From positions 98,818 through 162,817 of IMG/VR virus record IMGVR_UViG_3300028048_000002: DNA of 64,000 nt; one strand, written 5' to 3'. Below the pieces are notes generated by a model. The model had not been told where the DNA came from. It made no database searches and saw only the letters and a program-made list of their open reading frames with translations. How positions within the stretch are numbered: position 1 is the first letter of the stretch; each line of letters begins with the position of its first letter. Origin of the DNA: a virus (Duplodnaviria > Caudoviricetes). Both the position numbers and the translations under genes were made by a program. Shown here in pieces: positions 36,968 through 47,056 of the stretch.

Positions 36968-37753
36968 GTGATCTTCTTGGTACCTGTAGTCAAACGAAAA
37001 AAACATGAAAAAGAAGTTGATTACATCAAAAGATACACAAATATACTATATGATCAATTACCGCAAACTTCATTAGAAGATAGAGCTAAGTATATTGATA
37101 TAAGAGATAAAATAATTGAATTGAACTATCCATTTTTTGGATATGTAGTTAGATCTAAATTTCTTAATAATTCATATGCTGATTATGAAGATAAAGTACA
37201 AGCCTGCATTACAAGATTTTGTGAATGTTGGACTTGGTACAAATTTGCAAAGAAATATAGAACAGATTTAGCTTTTTCCGTATTTTATAAACCTAGACTC
37301 GGAGAAATGCTTGAACGTGATTTTAATGAAGTAAAATATTCACTAAGACGTACTTTATTAATGGAAGTAGGAGAACAACTTGATAAGCATTGGAGTAAAG
37401 TTGTATATGAAGATTTAGCGAATCCCAAACTGCATATTTCTGCAAGTCATATGACTTCATTGATGGCTATATTTGGTTCTATGTATCCAGCATCTTCTGA
37501 TGATATTTCACCCTATTTAGAAGCTCCAGATGACATTGCAAGAGATCAAGGACCTATTGGTGAATTAACCGATGAATATAATGATATAGTTAATTTACTT
37601 ATACGAGAGATGGTTGAGAAGGAAAAAAAGTTAACGCCCAAGGATATCAACCATATGGCAGATGTATATGGGATAGATCCTAAATCGCTTAGGAGCAAGC
37701 TACCTTTAGCAGAACAGCAGCTTTATCAGATTTTAAAATCTCGTCAAAATTGA
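36968..37753 (+). CDS. Phage sigma70-family factor (only convincing plus-strand gene)
   Basis: IRDKIIELNY..F.YVV...YEDKVQ...FSVFY..R (region 2-like) and C-terminal HTH LTPKDINHMADVYGID...LRSKL..AEQQL. Confidence 0.6.
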   Translation: MIFLVPVVKRKKHEKEVDYIKRYTNILYDQLPQTSLEDRAKYIDIRDKIIELNYPFFGYVVRSKFLNNSYADYEDKVQACITRFCECWTWYKFAKKYRTDLAFSVFYKPRLGEMLERDFNEVKYSLRRTLLMEVGEQLDKHWSKVVYEDLANPKLHISASHMTSLMAIFGSMYPASSDDISPYLEAPDDIARDQGPIGELTDEYNDIVNLLIREMVEKEKKLTPKDINHMADVYGIDPKSLRSKLPLAEQQLYQILKSRQN

Positions 37754-38060
37754 TGCTATCTACAGTACCAATGAAGTATTTCGCATATTCAGAATAACAT
37801 CTTATCAATTCTTCAAAATCATTTTTAGCTTCTACAGAAGTATTTTCATTAATATTACAGCTTTTTATCAACTTCTTTACAGTTAATTCAAATTCTGTAG
37901 CAATTTGTTCTATACATCTAGCTTGCAATCTATAGAAATATGCATAGGGAGTAATATCAGGGTTGAAATAATCATCTACATACTTTCTACTACATTCTAT
38001 AGGTATTGGTAAATAAGTATCTACCAAATAATCCAGATAGTTAGATTCATCTGATTTCAT
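37689..38060 (-). CDS. Hypothetical protein
   Basis: ORF convergent with, and overlapping the end of, the sigma-like gene. Confidence 0.5.
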   Translation of the reverse strand: MKSDESNYLDYLVDTYLPIPIECSRKYVDDYFNPDITPYAYFYRLQARCIEQIATEFELTVKKLIKSCNINENTSVEAKNDFEELIRCYSEYAKYFIGTVDSINFDEILKSDKAAVLLKVACS

Positions 38061-38062
38061 AA

Positions 38063-38770
38063 CTAATTTTCCAAAAGACTTGATTCATCCATAGCTTCAA
38101 TACGGGAAGATCTTATGCTATATTTTCCATCTCTATAACCTGTAGTAGATGCATCAATTATATTAGAAGTTGATTCAAACTTTACCGATTTAAAAGCATA
38201 ATTGTCCATTTGGCTTTGAACCTCTTGAGGAACTACTAACATCAAAGCTTGACATTGCTTAGAAAGTTCATTATCCACTCCAGCGATAAAACCTTTGTAA
38301 TAACTAGGTTTTACGCCTTGCGATGTTCCAAATTGCTTCTTAGCTAATTTTGAAATTTCTGAAGCTTTCTGTTCTCCTACATTTATAAGTTTAGTGTATA
38401 CGAGAACTGCAGCTTTTGCATCATGTTCATAGCCTACAAAACTAATAGTATTTGTACGTTTATAATTGTTACATGATTTCCTCAAAGGTGTCTGAAAACA
38501 TGTACATCTAAAATTTTTAGCAACTACACTTGCAATGAACAATCTCCACTGCTTTCCAGAATATTCTTCACTTGTAAGTGTTATAATTTGAGTAGATTTG
38601 CAATTATCAATATATTCTTCTTCAGATACATCATATTCACTAATAAGTTTTTGTGCTTTCAAAGCAGCAGAAATAGCTTCGTTTTCACTAGTATTATTTT
38701 CAGAAAGCTTTAAAAGTTTCTTTATTTTTTCGATTATTGCGTCTCGATTGCTCATCAAGTACCTCCTCAT
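38063..38770 (-). CDS. DUF2786 family protein
   Basis: IIEKIKKLLKLS...ENEA.SA..KAQKLI..Y N-terminal motif. Confidence 0.8.
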   Translation of the reverse strand: MRRYLMSNRDAIIEKIKKLLKLSENNTSENEAISAALKAQKLISEYDVSEEEYIDNCKSTQIITLTSEEYSGKQWRLFIASVVAKNFRCTCFQTPLRKSCNNYKRTNTISFVGYEHDAKAAVLVYTKLINVGEQKASEISKLAKKQFGTSQGVKPSYYKGFIAGVDNELSKQCQALMLVVPQEVQSQMDNYAFKSVKFESTSNIIDASTTGYRDGKYSIRSSRIEAMDESSLLEN

Positions 38771-38821
38771 TAGAGCATAGATATTTGAGATACATACAAG
38801 ATGATTGAATTTATACAGAAA

Positions 38822-38864
38822 ATCAATAGCAAAGTAAGAGAAATTCCCTCACTTTGCTATTGAT
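38822..38864. terminator. Long hairpin, probable terminator after DUF932
   Basis: ATCAATAGCAAAGT...ACTTTGCTATTGAT 14 bp inverted repeat. Confidence 0.6.
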
Positions 38865-38875
38865 CTATGATATAC

Positions 38876-39877
38876 TTATGCAGCTTTTGCAATATCTTCA
38901 AATTTCTTCATATTATTGATAAATTTAGAAACTTTAAGCATTTCTGTGGTGGCTTCAGGATTCATACCAGGAACAAGAGTCATGCGATGACTAAGGTCGA
39001 AACCCTTGTCAGCATTGCGATAGTAATGGGTACCGTAATCGGTAAGCGCATTAAAGACCTGATACATTGTACCTTGATAGTTAGCAAGATTGTCAGCATT
39101 GAGACATGTTACGAAGGCTTCTCGCTGCATATCTACGGTCTGATTTGCACGAGAATGATTAGTGGTGCTGTCTTCAGATTCTTCAATGTAAGGGAACAAT
39201 TCATCTAGGAGTTTGTTGATTCCTTCACGACTGATTTTGATCTTAACCATTTCTTCAGCAGATTTCTGCATCGTTGCAACGGTTCGATGATAAGCATTGA
39301 TGATAGCATTGTGAATGGTGCTCTGATTCGAAGCATCTACAACTGCGGGAATCTTAAACTTAAGTCCGGCACGCCTGAGAGCCGACGACATTGCGTTCAT
39401 GCAGGCAATTCTTACCGGAGTATTGATGACTTGAACGTTTCCGTCAGGTTTAAGATGATCGTTTACAACGATGAAATAATGACCGAATACGTCGTCTAGA
39501 ACATTGAACTCTTCAGCAAATTCGAAGCAGCCGAACATCTGCTTTCCACCCATATAAGTATCAGCAATAAGGGGCTTAAGAGTTCCGTCCTGCATCAGAC
39601 CTTCAATAGACTGGAATGTTTCGATATTCTGTACAATTACCGGATTTTCAGATTTGACAATTCCTAGAAAAGAGTTGCTATCGTCTCGATACATGCCGTA
39701 AAATCCTGGAACGGGTTCTTCAATATCGGTCTTAACATTGTGTGCCGAAACAGTGTAATCAAGCCCTAGCGTAGAAACGATGTCTTCAGAAGACGTCATG
39801 CCCTTAATAGCATCTTCGATGTTCTTAGAAACAGACCACGCAGCGCCTTCGACTTTGATAAGAGTGTTGGTAGACAT
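38876..39877 (-). CDS. DUF932/DUF945 family phage/plasmid protein (early gene)
   Basis: LDYTV, R.D....LGIV...Y/VQN.E.F, TPVRIACMNA, GT.Y..FNALTDY..H. Confidence 0.8.
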   Translation of the reverse strand: MSTNTLIKVEGAAWSVSKNIEDAIKGMTSSEDIVSTLGLDYTVSAHNVKTDIEEPVPGFYGMYRDDSNSFLGIVKSENPVIVQNIETFQSIEGLMQDGTLKPLIADTYMGGKQMFGCFEFAEEFNVLDDVFGHYFIVVNDHLKPDGNVQVINTPVRIACMNAMSSALRRAGLKFKIPAVVDASNQSTIHNAIINAYHRTVATMQKSAEEMVKIKISREGINKLLDELFPYIEESEDSTTNHSRANQTVDMQREAFVTCLNADNLANYQGTMYQVFNALTDYGTHYYRNADKGFDLSHRMTLVPGMNPEATTEMLKVSKFINNMKKFEDIAKAA

Positions 39878-39920
39878 TTGATCCTCCTTAGACTTTTGAT
39901 TTTTAATTGCCTACAACATG

Positions 39921-39949
39921 ATTATAGTAACATGTGCTAAAAATGTCAA
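39921..39949 (-). promoter_or_regulatory. Consensus sigma70 early promoter
   Basis: TTGACA-17 nt-TATAAT. Confidence 0.85.
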
Positions 39950-39967
39950 TAGAATTTATCGAAAAAA

Positions 39968-40318
39968 TCATGATTTTAATAGTCGGTTATCCACTTCTTC
40001 ATGAAGATGAAAGCTTTCAATATCTTCATATATATCATTTAATTTCACTAATACTTCAGAGGTAATGGAAGGATCTTTAAAATCAGATAAGTTACGTAAC
40101 ATAAGCGTATATAATTCTACAATTACTCTATTTCTAGCTGTAATTTCTTTAGAATATTTATTCTGCAAATTTTGTGAAAAATGATGCCACCCTTGTAATA
40201 CTCTAAATACGGGGATTAATGAAGAACCGTTTGTGTATACTTCTTTATTATCATTAAATTTATACGTAGATATAAAAGCTTCAAAAGTTTTAGGGAATTC
40301 TAGCATATCCTGAGGCAT
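39968..40318 (-). CDS. Hypothetical protein
   Basis: M.FP.TFE.F...Y.F.D.KEVYTNGS.LIPVFRV.Q motif seen in phage proteins. Confidence 0.6.
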   Translation of the reverse strand: MPQDMLEFPKTFEAFISTYKFNDNKEVYTNGSSLIPVFRVLQGWHHFSQNLQNKYSKEITARNRVIVELYTLMLRNLSDFKDPSITSEVLVKLNDIYEDIESFHLHEEVDNRLLKS

Positions 40319-40320
40319 TA

Positions 40321-40830
40321 TTATTCTCCTGTAGATCCATACCCACCTGCACGTACTGAATTAACCTCATCATTATCAACTAAAAGAAATTTTGTAAATA
40401 TTCCTTGACCAATCTTCATACCTTTTTCTATATGTATTGAATTAGGAGTTAAATTATAAACTAAAAATCCGATTTCCCCTTCATTATCGATATTATTGTA
40501 GTAGTCAGCGTCAATTATTCCTACACTGTTAGCCATAACTAATCCTAATTTTGAAGGGGATGAACTTCTAATAAACAATTCAAGCACTTCATCTTCCTGC
40601 ATATATGCTTTTATTCCAGTTTTTATACAATATGGTTTAACAATTTCTACATTGCGGAAACTTATACAGCTATTAGCGTTCTTAGCTAGCATATTTAAAT
40701 GTGAAGGAATATCAAAAGATTCACAAGCGTAAAAATCATATCCAGCACTACATTTAGTACTTCTTTCAGGTAGTTGGAAGTCTATTTTTGAAACTCTAGT
40801 AACTTTTTCAAACCCTCTTAAACTCAACAT
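40321..40830 (-). CDS. dut: Trimeric dUTPase
   Basis: SAGYDF, RSS, GIIDADY, KIGQGIF, RAGGYGSTG. Confidence 0.95.
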   Translation of the reverse strand: MLSLRGFEKVTRVSKIDFQLPERSTKCSAGYDFYACESFDIPSHLNMLAKNANSCISFRNVEIVKPYCIKTGIKAYMQEDEVLELFIRSSSPSKLGLVMANSVGIIDADYYNNIDNEGEIGFLVYNLTPNSIHIEKGMKIGQGIFTKFLLVDNDEVNSVRAGGYGSTGE

Positions 40831-40893
40831 AGAAAACCTCCGGTAAAAATAGATTAATAATTAACTATTAACGAATTTACCAGAGGTTAAACT

Positions 40894-41367
40894 TTAGCTT
40901 ATTTTAATGCCATATTGATTGTCTGAGCTTAGGTTTACTTGAAGTACCTTATCAAAATGTGGTTCGTTATTAGGTTTAAATCTTCCAAATTTTACATATA
41001 CATTTTCAAATTCTCGAAGATTATTTAATTTATCATAAATCTCAGATTCTATATATCCTGTATATATGACGATATCATCTTGTAATTGGCTTCTAAAAGC
41101 TGTTATAAATTGCATCATATCATAGAACGAATCAAATGGTTCTAATCCTTGAAAAATGACAGATTCTGTAAGTGGATTAGCTTTATATGCTTCAATGATT
41201 TCATTTATATCAAAATCAAAGACTTCATAACCTGATAGTTCTAGATTCTGACAAACTGTATATCCTGCATCTTTATTACATTTAAATGAACAGTAAGGAA
41301 ACTCTAAAAGCATTCCAGGTTTTCGATAATTTACAAAATCTTCTTGTATTATTCCTACTAATTTCAT
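40894..41367 (-). CDS. nrdG: Anaerobic ribonucleotide reductase activase (radical SAM)
   Basis: CSFKC...CQN, GLEP, IYTGY, KFGRF...L.SDNQ; adjacent to nrdD. Confidence 0.85.
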   Translation of the reverse strand: MKLVGIIQEDFVNYRKPGMLLEFPYCSFKCNKDAGYTVCQNLELSGYEVFDFDINEIIEAYKANPLTESVIFQGLEPFDSFYDMMQFITAFRSQLQDDIVIYTGYIESEIYDKLNNLREFENVYVKFGRFKPNNEPHFDKVLQVNLSSDNQYGIKIS

Positions 41368-41381
41368 ATAAATTCTCGTAT

Positions 41382-43520
41382 CTATTTATTTACATCTGCC
41401 CATTGACGAAGCTTGTATTCTTCTTTTCTAGGTTCAGCCCAGTTGTTAACTTGAGTAAAAAACCCAACAATACGAGTAAATTCAGCTGCAACTGGTTCTC
41501 CACATGTAGGACACTTTGTACCATAAAATCCGTGGTTATGTTTACATGCTTGAATTCTAGGATTAAAAGCAAAATATGTTACACCTGAACTAGCAATGTA
41601 ATTTACTAATTTCCAAGCTTTATCAAAAGAATCGATTGGAGCATCAATGTTTGCGTGTAAAATAGAACCTCCATTACAGAAAGAATCAAATAAAGCTTGA
41701 GTTCTTACACGTTCACTCAAAGAAGTTTTAATTCCTAGAGGCATAAATTGATTTCCATATAAAGGAAGATCATCTACTACATCTTCGGGATAAAAATATT
41801 TATCCTTTTTCATTAATTTATCTGCAGCACTCTCTCCCGGAGTTTGCTCACAATTGATTTTGTAATCAAGTTGATTAGATTCCAAAAACTTTTTAGATTC
41901 ATTATGAATTGTATCAAAGATAGCTTTTCCGAAAGTTTCCCCTTCTGGGGTATATTTAGCATCACCCGCAAAATCTGTAGCAACGTAATTAAATTTCTTT
42001 AAAGTTTCATATACACCAATAAATCCTATAGTGTTATATAGATGATCAAAATCTAATAAACCATAAGTAAAATTCTGAAGTAAACCCTTATCTACATTTC
42101 TAGAAATTATATGTCGTACTGCATCTAATGCAATACAATCTAGATTAACATAATATTTTAGTTTTTCAAGATATTCTTCTTCTGTTTTACTCTCTAATGC
42201 AATTCTAGCTAAATTTATTGTAGAAACTTTTACGGATCCTACACTTAAACTGCTGCCACCGATACTATTAAAATGTCCTAAAGCTTCATGTTCATCTACT
42301 TTAGCTTCTCTAACTTTCTCTTTTTTACGTATATCAAATTGTTTTTTAAGTTCTACATCTTCAGATATCTTTTGTTTAAATGAAGATAGAGACAGCTTTG
42401 CTTCATCTATAGATGCTTTCTGAAGATATTCTTTATGCATCTCAGAAAGGATGAAATCTTCTAACTTTTTATCAGAATCTAATAAGCCAATTTCTTCTAT
42501 GCTGGATTTAAGTCTGCAACAATTAGATAATGAATTAACAGTACTATCTACAAATAGATTTGAATCACTCCATTTTCTATTATGTTCTATAGCCCATCTA
42601 GCAAATTCTTCATCTACAAAAGTATTATTTTGATACAATAAGGAAATAGTATTGACTGGAAATGTCATCATATTTTGAGATCTAATATCTGACATTGTTT
42701 CTAAAAATAGCTTTTGAAATTCAATTATTTCTTCTTCATAATCAATCATAAATGAACCATCAGGGAAAACAGCACCACCGAACAAAGCTTCAAAGTAATT
42801 ATGATCAAATATAGAAGTATTGGTAAAAGCGGATTGAACTCCATCTCTCGTATAAGGTTGATTTAATGCGTATATTAAACGTTGAAATTGTTGCTTCGCA
42901 TAATATATTTCATCATGAATGATATATCCTTCATTACAATCTTTGTGCCAGAAATAATACATGTAAGGAAGAAGATTCGGTAGGCCTACAGCACCAGAGG
43001 TTCGATTACATGAAAAAGATACAAATTCTTTTACAAAATCTATAAATGTTTCAAGATGTTGCGGAGGTTGTGCGTTAAATGTTCCATCATCCAAAAAGTA
43101 TAATCCACGTTCTGCTAAATCTTTTAAATCATAAGCATAACAATAACTTGCAAAACTGGCAGTAGGAGCATCATGCATATATAGGTGTCCATCGTAGTCA
43201 CTTATAAGCCAAGCATCTGCAATTTCTTTTCCATGTTTCTTTTTGATTTCATAATAAATTTTATTATAAGAAAGTAATTTCTTATGAGATTTTGGAAGCT
43301 CTCCTAATAATGTTGGCATATCATGTCTACCCACATTAGATGAAGGATCTACTGAAGAATCTGCAACTGTCGGCCTATCAACAAAACTATCAATGAAATC
43401 GGTATGATTTAAACTAGAATTAGAAAAACCATTGATTTTAGCTAAATCTTCACCGAAAGAATCTTTTAAATTAATAAGAGTGTTAGAAAAATCAGAATCT
43501 AGCGCAATATCAATATTCAT
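41382..43520 (-). CDS. nrdD: Class III ribonucleoside-triphosphate reductase
   Basis: LYMHD, YCYAYDL, SNCCRL, EQTPGE, C..H...CPTCG, glycyl-radical motif TRIVGF. Confidence 0.95.
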   Translation of the reverse strand: MNIDIALDSDFSNTLINLKDSFGEDLAKINGFSNSSLNHTDFIDSFVDRPTVADSSVDPSSNVGRHDMPTLLGELPKSHKKLLSYNKIYYEIKKKHGKEIADAWLISDYDGHLYMHDAPTASFASYCYAYDLKDLAERGLYFLDDGTFNAQPPQHLETFIDFVKEFVSFSCNRTSGAVGLPNLLPYMYYFWHKDCNEGYIIHDEIYYAKQQFQRLIYALNQPYTRDGVQSAFTNTSIFDHNYFEALFGGAVFPDGSFMIDYEEEIIEFQKLFLETMSDIRSQNMMTFPVNTISLLYQNNTFVDEEFARWAIEHNRKWSDSNLFVDSTVNSLSNCCRLKSSIEEIGLLDSDKKLEDFILSEMHKEYLQKASIDEAKLSLSSFKQKISEDVELKKQFDIRKKEKVREAKVDEHEALGHFNSIGGSSLSVGSVKVSTINLARIALESKTEEEYLEKLKYYVNLDCIALDAVRHIISRNVDKGLLQNFTYGLLDFDHLYNTIGFIGVYETLKKFNYVATDFAGDAKYTPEGETFGKAIFDTIHNESKKFLESNQLDYKINCEQTPGESAADKLMKKDKYFYPEDVVDDLPLYGNQFMPLGIKTSLSERVRTQALFDSFCNGGSILHANIDAPIDSFDKAWKLVNYIASSGVTYFAFNPRIQACKHNHGFYGTKCPTCGEPVAAEFTRIVGFFTQVNNWAEPRKEEYKLRQWADVNK

Positions 43521-43523
43521 AAT

Positions 43524-43772
43524 TTACATCACTTTCATTGATCTTACAAATGTTTCAAAAGAAGAGCTATCATTAAATTTATCCAGAAGTTTTCTAGCTC
43601 CGCTAAAATCAAAAAGGGCACCATCAACTTGTAGCATAGGGGATGATGTAAAATGCAGTTTTTTCATTTCTTCAATATCATCTATTTCATCATATTTTAT
43701 ATTTTTATCATCAAGTTTAGCTTTTAATACTTTACATTTAGGGCAGTGTGTTGTATAAAATATAACACTCAT
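43524..43772 (-). CDS. nrdH: Glutaredoxin-like NrdH protein
   Basis: YTTHCPKCKVLK.KL...I.Y, P.LQVDG. Confidence 0.8.
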   Translation of the reverse strand: MSVIFYTTHCPKCKVLKAKLDDKNIKYDEIDDIEEMKKLHFTSSPMLQVDGALFDFSGARKLLDKFNDSSSFETFVRSMKVM

Positions 43773-43805
43773 AATTTCTCCTAGCTTATTTATAACTTTT
43801 TCTGT

Positions 43806-43846
43806 AAAAATATAACTTCAAATAGCTAAACCATATTGAAGTTATA
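43806..43846 (-). terminator. Intrinsic terminator after the KTSC gene
   Basis: TATAACTTCAA/TTGAAGTTATA inverted repeat followed by U5 on the minus strand. Confidence 0.55.
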
Positions 43847-43877
43847 ATTTATATAAAATATGACAAATTAAGTTGTT

Positions 43878-44243
43878 TTAGTTATTTACTGCATTTCTAA
43901 GTTTACCTCGTTTATCTCCAGTAAGCTTAGAATATTGATATTTATCTCTTAAGAATTTCCATACTGAATGACCTTTGGATGGAGCGGCTACAAATCTGCG
44001 ATAAATTTTCGCAGGAACATTATAATATCTATATATATCTCCTGGACCTCCACGAGCGTTCTTATACTGTATGTACATTGTACCTATATCTGAATCAGCA
44101 TCAATATCAAATGCATAACTCCAAACATTTGAAGATCTAGCACGTATCATATGATCTGTAATTTTTTTAGAACTAGACTTTCGTGAATTTCTAGAACTAT
44201 GTTTAGCAGCTTGAATTTCAGCGTTCTTGATGAGTATTTTCAT
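43878..44243 (-). CDS. KTSC domain protein
   Basis: SSNV.SY.FD...TMYIQYK....IYRYYNVP..IY..FV.APSKG. Confidence 0.85.
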   Translation of the reverse strand: MKILIKNAEIQAAKHSSRNSRKSSSKKITDHMIRARSSNVWSYAFDIDADSDIGTMYIQYKNARGGPGDIYRYYNVPAKIYRRFVAAPSKGHSVWKFLRDKYQYSKLTGDKRGKLRNAVNN

Positions 44244-44323
44244 ATTTAAAACCTTTAAAGAATTATTGTTACAGCTTCATCAAAGGTTCTCAACAATGAA
44301 ATACGATCGTCATAACCAAAAAT

Positions 44324-44346
44324 AAAAAGCTGAAATACAGCTTTTT
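44324..44346 (-). terminator. Intrinsic terminator
   Basis: AAAAAGCTG-AAATA-CAGCTTTTT. Confidence 0.6.
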
Positions 44347-44569
44347 ATTGTAAATTGATATGGGCAATTAACTTATCTAGATACCATCTACACTTTTCTA
44401 GATCTTGTAACCCTCCCTTATTTTTCCATCTCCATAGATATTTGATACAATTACCATGTAAAAACCCTTCAAAAGCTTCAGGGCTCAAAATCGATTCAAT
44501 ACCTTCAAGACATTCTATTTGTCCTAAGTTGTAATGCTTTGGATGATTCACTTCAATATCATTATTCAT
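44345..44569 (-). CDS. DUF3310 family protein
   Basis: VNHPKHY..G.IEC...F..GN.IKY.WR...KGG.QDLEK..WYL. Confidence 0.9.
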   Translation of the reverse strand: MNNDIEVNHPKHYNLGQIECLEGIESILSPEAFEGFLHGNCIKYLWRWKNKGGLQDLEKCRWYLDKLIAHINLQ

Positions 44570-44816
44570 TAGCAGATCTATTCAACGCAGATTTAGTAGC
44601 AACTACAGCAGTAGATATGATATCTTGTATATTAAACGTTTGATTGTGCATATATCCTGGACAAGGGATAATATACTCATCCACATTATCTTCTGGTTGA
44701 AGATCATTAATCGATATAGCTAGTTGCTTTGCATCTTCATAAATATCACAAACTATTACAGATTTAGATGAAACACTAAACATGGCTTTATTTTGAACAA
44801 TATATACTTCTTGCAT
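44562..44816 (-). CDS. Hypothetical protein
   Basis: ORF with AGGAG RBS and upstream TCGTTA motif. Confidence 0.55.
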   Translation of the reverse strand: MQEVYIVQNKAMFSVSSKSVIVCDIYEDAKQLAISINDLQPEDNVDEYIIPCPGYMHNQTFNIQDIISTAVVATKSALNRSANE

Positions 44817-44869
44817 ACAAATATCTCCTAAATTTAGACTACAGCATATTATATGTTAACGAATTCACC

Positions 44870-45037
44870 TTATTCATTACAGTTATGCTTAATATTATCC
44901 GATAACCACTCAGTAATTATTGCTTCTTCAAAAGTTTTTAAGAACTGTTCCCACTCCTCTTGATTAAATTGAATATATGTAGTAGCTTTATATTGAGGTC
45001 CAACTTCAATCAATTTTTCTGTAATTTTAAAACTCAT
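44870..45037 (-). CDS. Small hypothetical protein (55 aa, not in the ORF track)
   Basis: MSFKITEKLIEVGPQYKATTYIQFNQEEWEQFLKTFEEAIITEWLSDNIKHNCNE; GGAG RBS; fills the gap exactly. Confidence 0.5.
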   Translation of the reverse strand: MSFKITEKLIEVGPQYKATTYIQFNQEEWEQFLKTFEEAIITEWLSDNIKHNCNE

Positions 45038-45227
45038 AATACTCCGCCTTTAACCAATTTTCTAGTTTATGCTTAGCTGTATTTTCATCTTCTAAATCAT
45101 CATCACTTATACCTAACATTAATTGAAAATATCCTGGAGCAGCTAAGATATCGTATAGAGTTTGTGCTGTTTGTTCAACAGCATCAATATGAGATTCTCC
45201 ATAGAAATACATACCAAAATTTGTCAT
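45027..45227 (-). CDS. Hypothetical protein
   Basis: AAGGAG RBS. Confidence 0.55.
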   Translation of the reverse strand: MTNFGMYFYGESHIDAVEQTAQTLYDILAAPGYFQLMLGISDDDLEDENTAKHKLENWLKAEYYEF

Positions 45228-45239
45228 ATCTCTTCTCCT

Positions 45240-46388
45240 TTAGATTGAATTTATTAATTCATTTATATCTTCAGGAAATTCATCCCCCGTATATTTATCT
45301 GAATGTACAGTTTGATTATCACCTTTAACTATCTGCTTAGCAATTAGTAGATTTGTTTCTGTTACATCCATTCTTCTAGCTTCTATAATAGACTCAGGAG
45401 TACTTTCATCATCATGCCAGAAAATAATAATTTGAGGATCAGAATCTTTTGAAGCTTTAGCTACTACTGCAGATCTATATTCATTAGACTGTACTATTTT
45501 ACACACAGTATCCGGATAAAATAATTGATACCAAATCCCATTGCTATCGTATATTTCATGTGGACAATAACATTTATTTTCCAGATAATTGATCATATCA
45601 GGATGAATCTGCTTTAGAGTGAGATCAAAATCTTCATAGTCATATTTATATACGTACTTATGATCTTCTAAATATGTTTGTATTTCTTGACGCATTTCTT
45701 TTAGACGCTTGGTCAACCAAATTGTATTTTCATATTTAACTTGGTCTTTGGGATGAATACGTATTCCAGAATCTATCAGTTCTTTATGAAGATCTACCAT
45801 CTCATTAAATTTGACACTAAAAAACGAAGGCCATTTACAACTTGCTTTTGTATCAGACATGGCAGATACAAATTTACGATACAAAACAGGAGATGCTAAT
45901 TTTTTAATTAATGTAACTCCAATATCACCATAATCCCAGGAATATCCGTGTTCTTGATATAGATGAATTCCATGTAAAACATCTTGTGGGTCGTAATCTC
46001 TATAATCTTCATTTTTCTTTAATGGCCTATAATCGTGAAGATCACAAATTAGTTCGTAATCATTTAACATCGATTCTGATGTGATTTTTTCATTCCCAGT
46101 ATGATACCAATCACCTCTAGACGTATATATAGCCCAATGTCCTTTATCGGGATCTTTTAAATTGAAAATGCGCTCCATAGCACCTAAGGTAGCTGATCCG
46201 TCTTTAAGACTACCATATTTAAGTTGATGTGTGTCTTGCATCCACACATTACCGTCTTTATCCATTGCCGGAACTGCTTGATAATAGATTTGATCGTTTC
46301 TAATAGATGAATCATTCCATCTATTATGATTTACTTTATACAACCCACCCCATACTACTTTATCTTTGAGAATTTTATCATCAGCCAT
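45240..46388 (-). CDS. Hypothetical protein (likely start MADDK at 46388)
   Basis: AAGGAGG RBS before the internal ATG. Confidence 0.65.
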   Translation of the reverse strand: MADDKILKDKVVWGGLYKVNHNRWNDSSIRNDQIYYQAVPAMDKDGNVWMQDTHQLKYGSLKDGSATLGAMERIFNLKDPDKGHWAIYTSRGDWYHTGNEKITSESMLNDYELICDLHDYRPLKKNEDYRDYDPQDVLHGIHLYQEHGYSWDYGDIGVTLIKKLASPVLYRKFVSAMSDTKASCKWPSFFSVKFNEMVDLHKELIDSGIRIHPKDQVKYENTIWLTKRLKEMRQEIQTYLEDHKYVYKYDYEDFDLTLKQIHPDMINYLENKCYCPHEIYDSNGIWYQLFYPDTVCKIVQSNEYRSAVVAKASKDSDPQIIIFWHDDESTPESIIEARRMDVTETNLLIAKQIVKGDNQTVHSDKYTGDEFPEDINELINSI

Positions 46389-46420
46389 AATAACCTCCTT
46401 TAGAATAGAATATAACACGA

Positions 46421-47056
46421 TTAAAAATCTGTATATACATCTATTGTACCTGAAGGACAACCGGTATCATAAACCTTCGCTTCACCAAATGGGGTATCGA
46501 CAATTGTACCCATTTCGTAATCGCTAGAAGCTACAGCGATATAACCCTCATTATCACATATATAACCATTTTCATCTACATGTCTTCCATTAGAGTTTAA
46601 ATCATTTAGACCACCACCTGGCAGAACATTTTGAGAATACCAAGTATATCGGATACCATATTCATCATAAACTACACCAGAAGTTTGAAAATCTGATGAA
46701 TCTGCTGAATAGGTGTATTCTACAAAATTAGGTTCTTCATAATCTATATAAATAGGTTCAGAAATTTCTTGATCTTCATATGATACTTCATTTTCAATAT
46801 ATACCTCATCGTATTCTATAGAAGTTGAATCTTCTACATTTTCAATATCTTCATCATAAGAATTAACATCTATGTTTTCTTTATCTTGATCTATATTAAC
46901 AACTTCAGGTTTATCAGAAACCTCAGTAACAAAATAAGAAATATCGAAACTTTCTTCAATTTCTGCATGTGCAGAATTGGTTATAACAGTTAAAAAAACA
47001 ACAATAGTAATAAATATAATGCAAAAAATTGAAATAACACATTTGAAGTATTTCAT
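46421..47056 (-). CDS. Membrane-anchored 3D/double-psi-barrel-like peptidoglycan-related protein
   Basis: N-terminal signal/TM helix, acidic linker, C-terminal YIAVAS...GTIVDTPFG...VYDTGC....IDVY. Confidence 0.6.
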   Translation of the reverse strand: MKYFKCVISIFCIIFITIVVFLTVITNSAHAEIEESFDISYFVTEVSDKPEVVNIDQDKENIDVNSYDEDIENVEDSTSIEYDEVYIENEVSYEDQEISEPIYIDYEEPNFVEYTYSADSSDFQTSGVVYDEYGIRYTWYSQNVLPGGGLNDLNSNGRHVDENGYICDNEGYIAVASSDYEMGTIVDTPFGEAKVYDTGCPSGTIDVYTDF

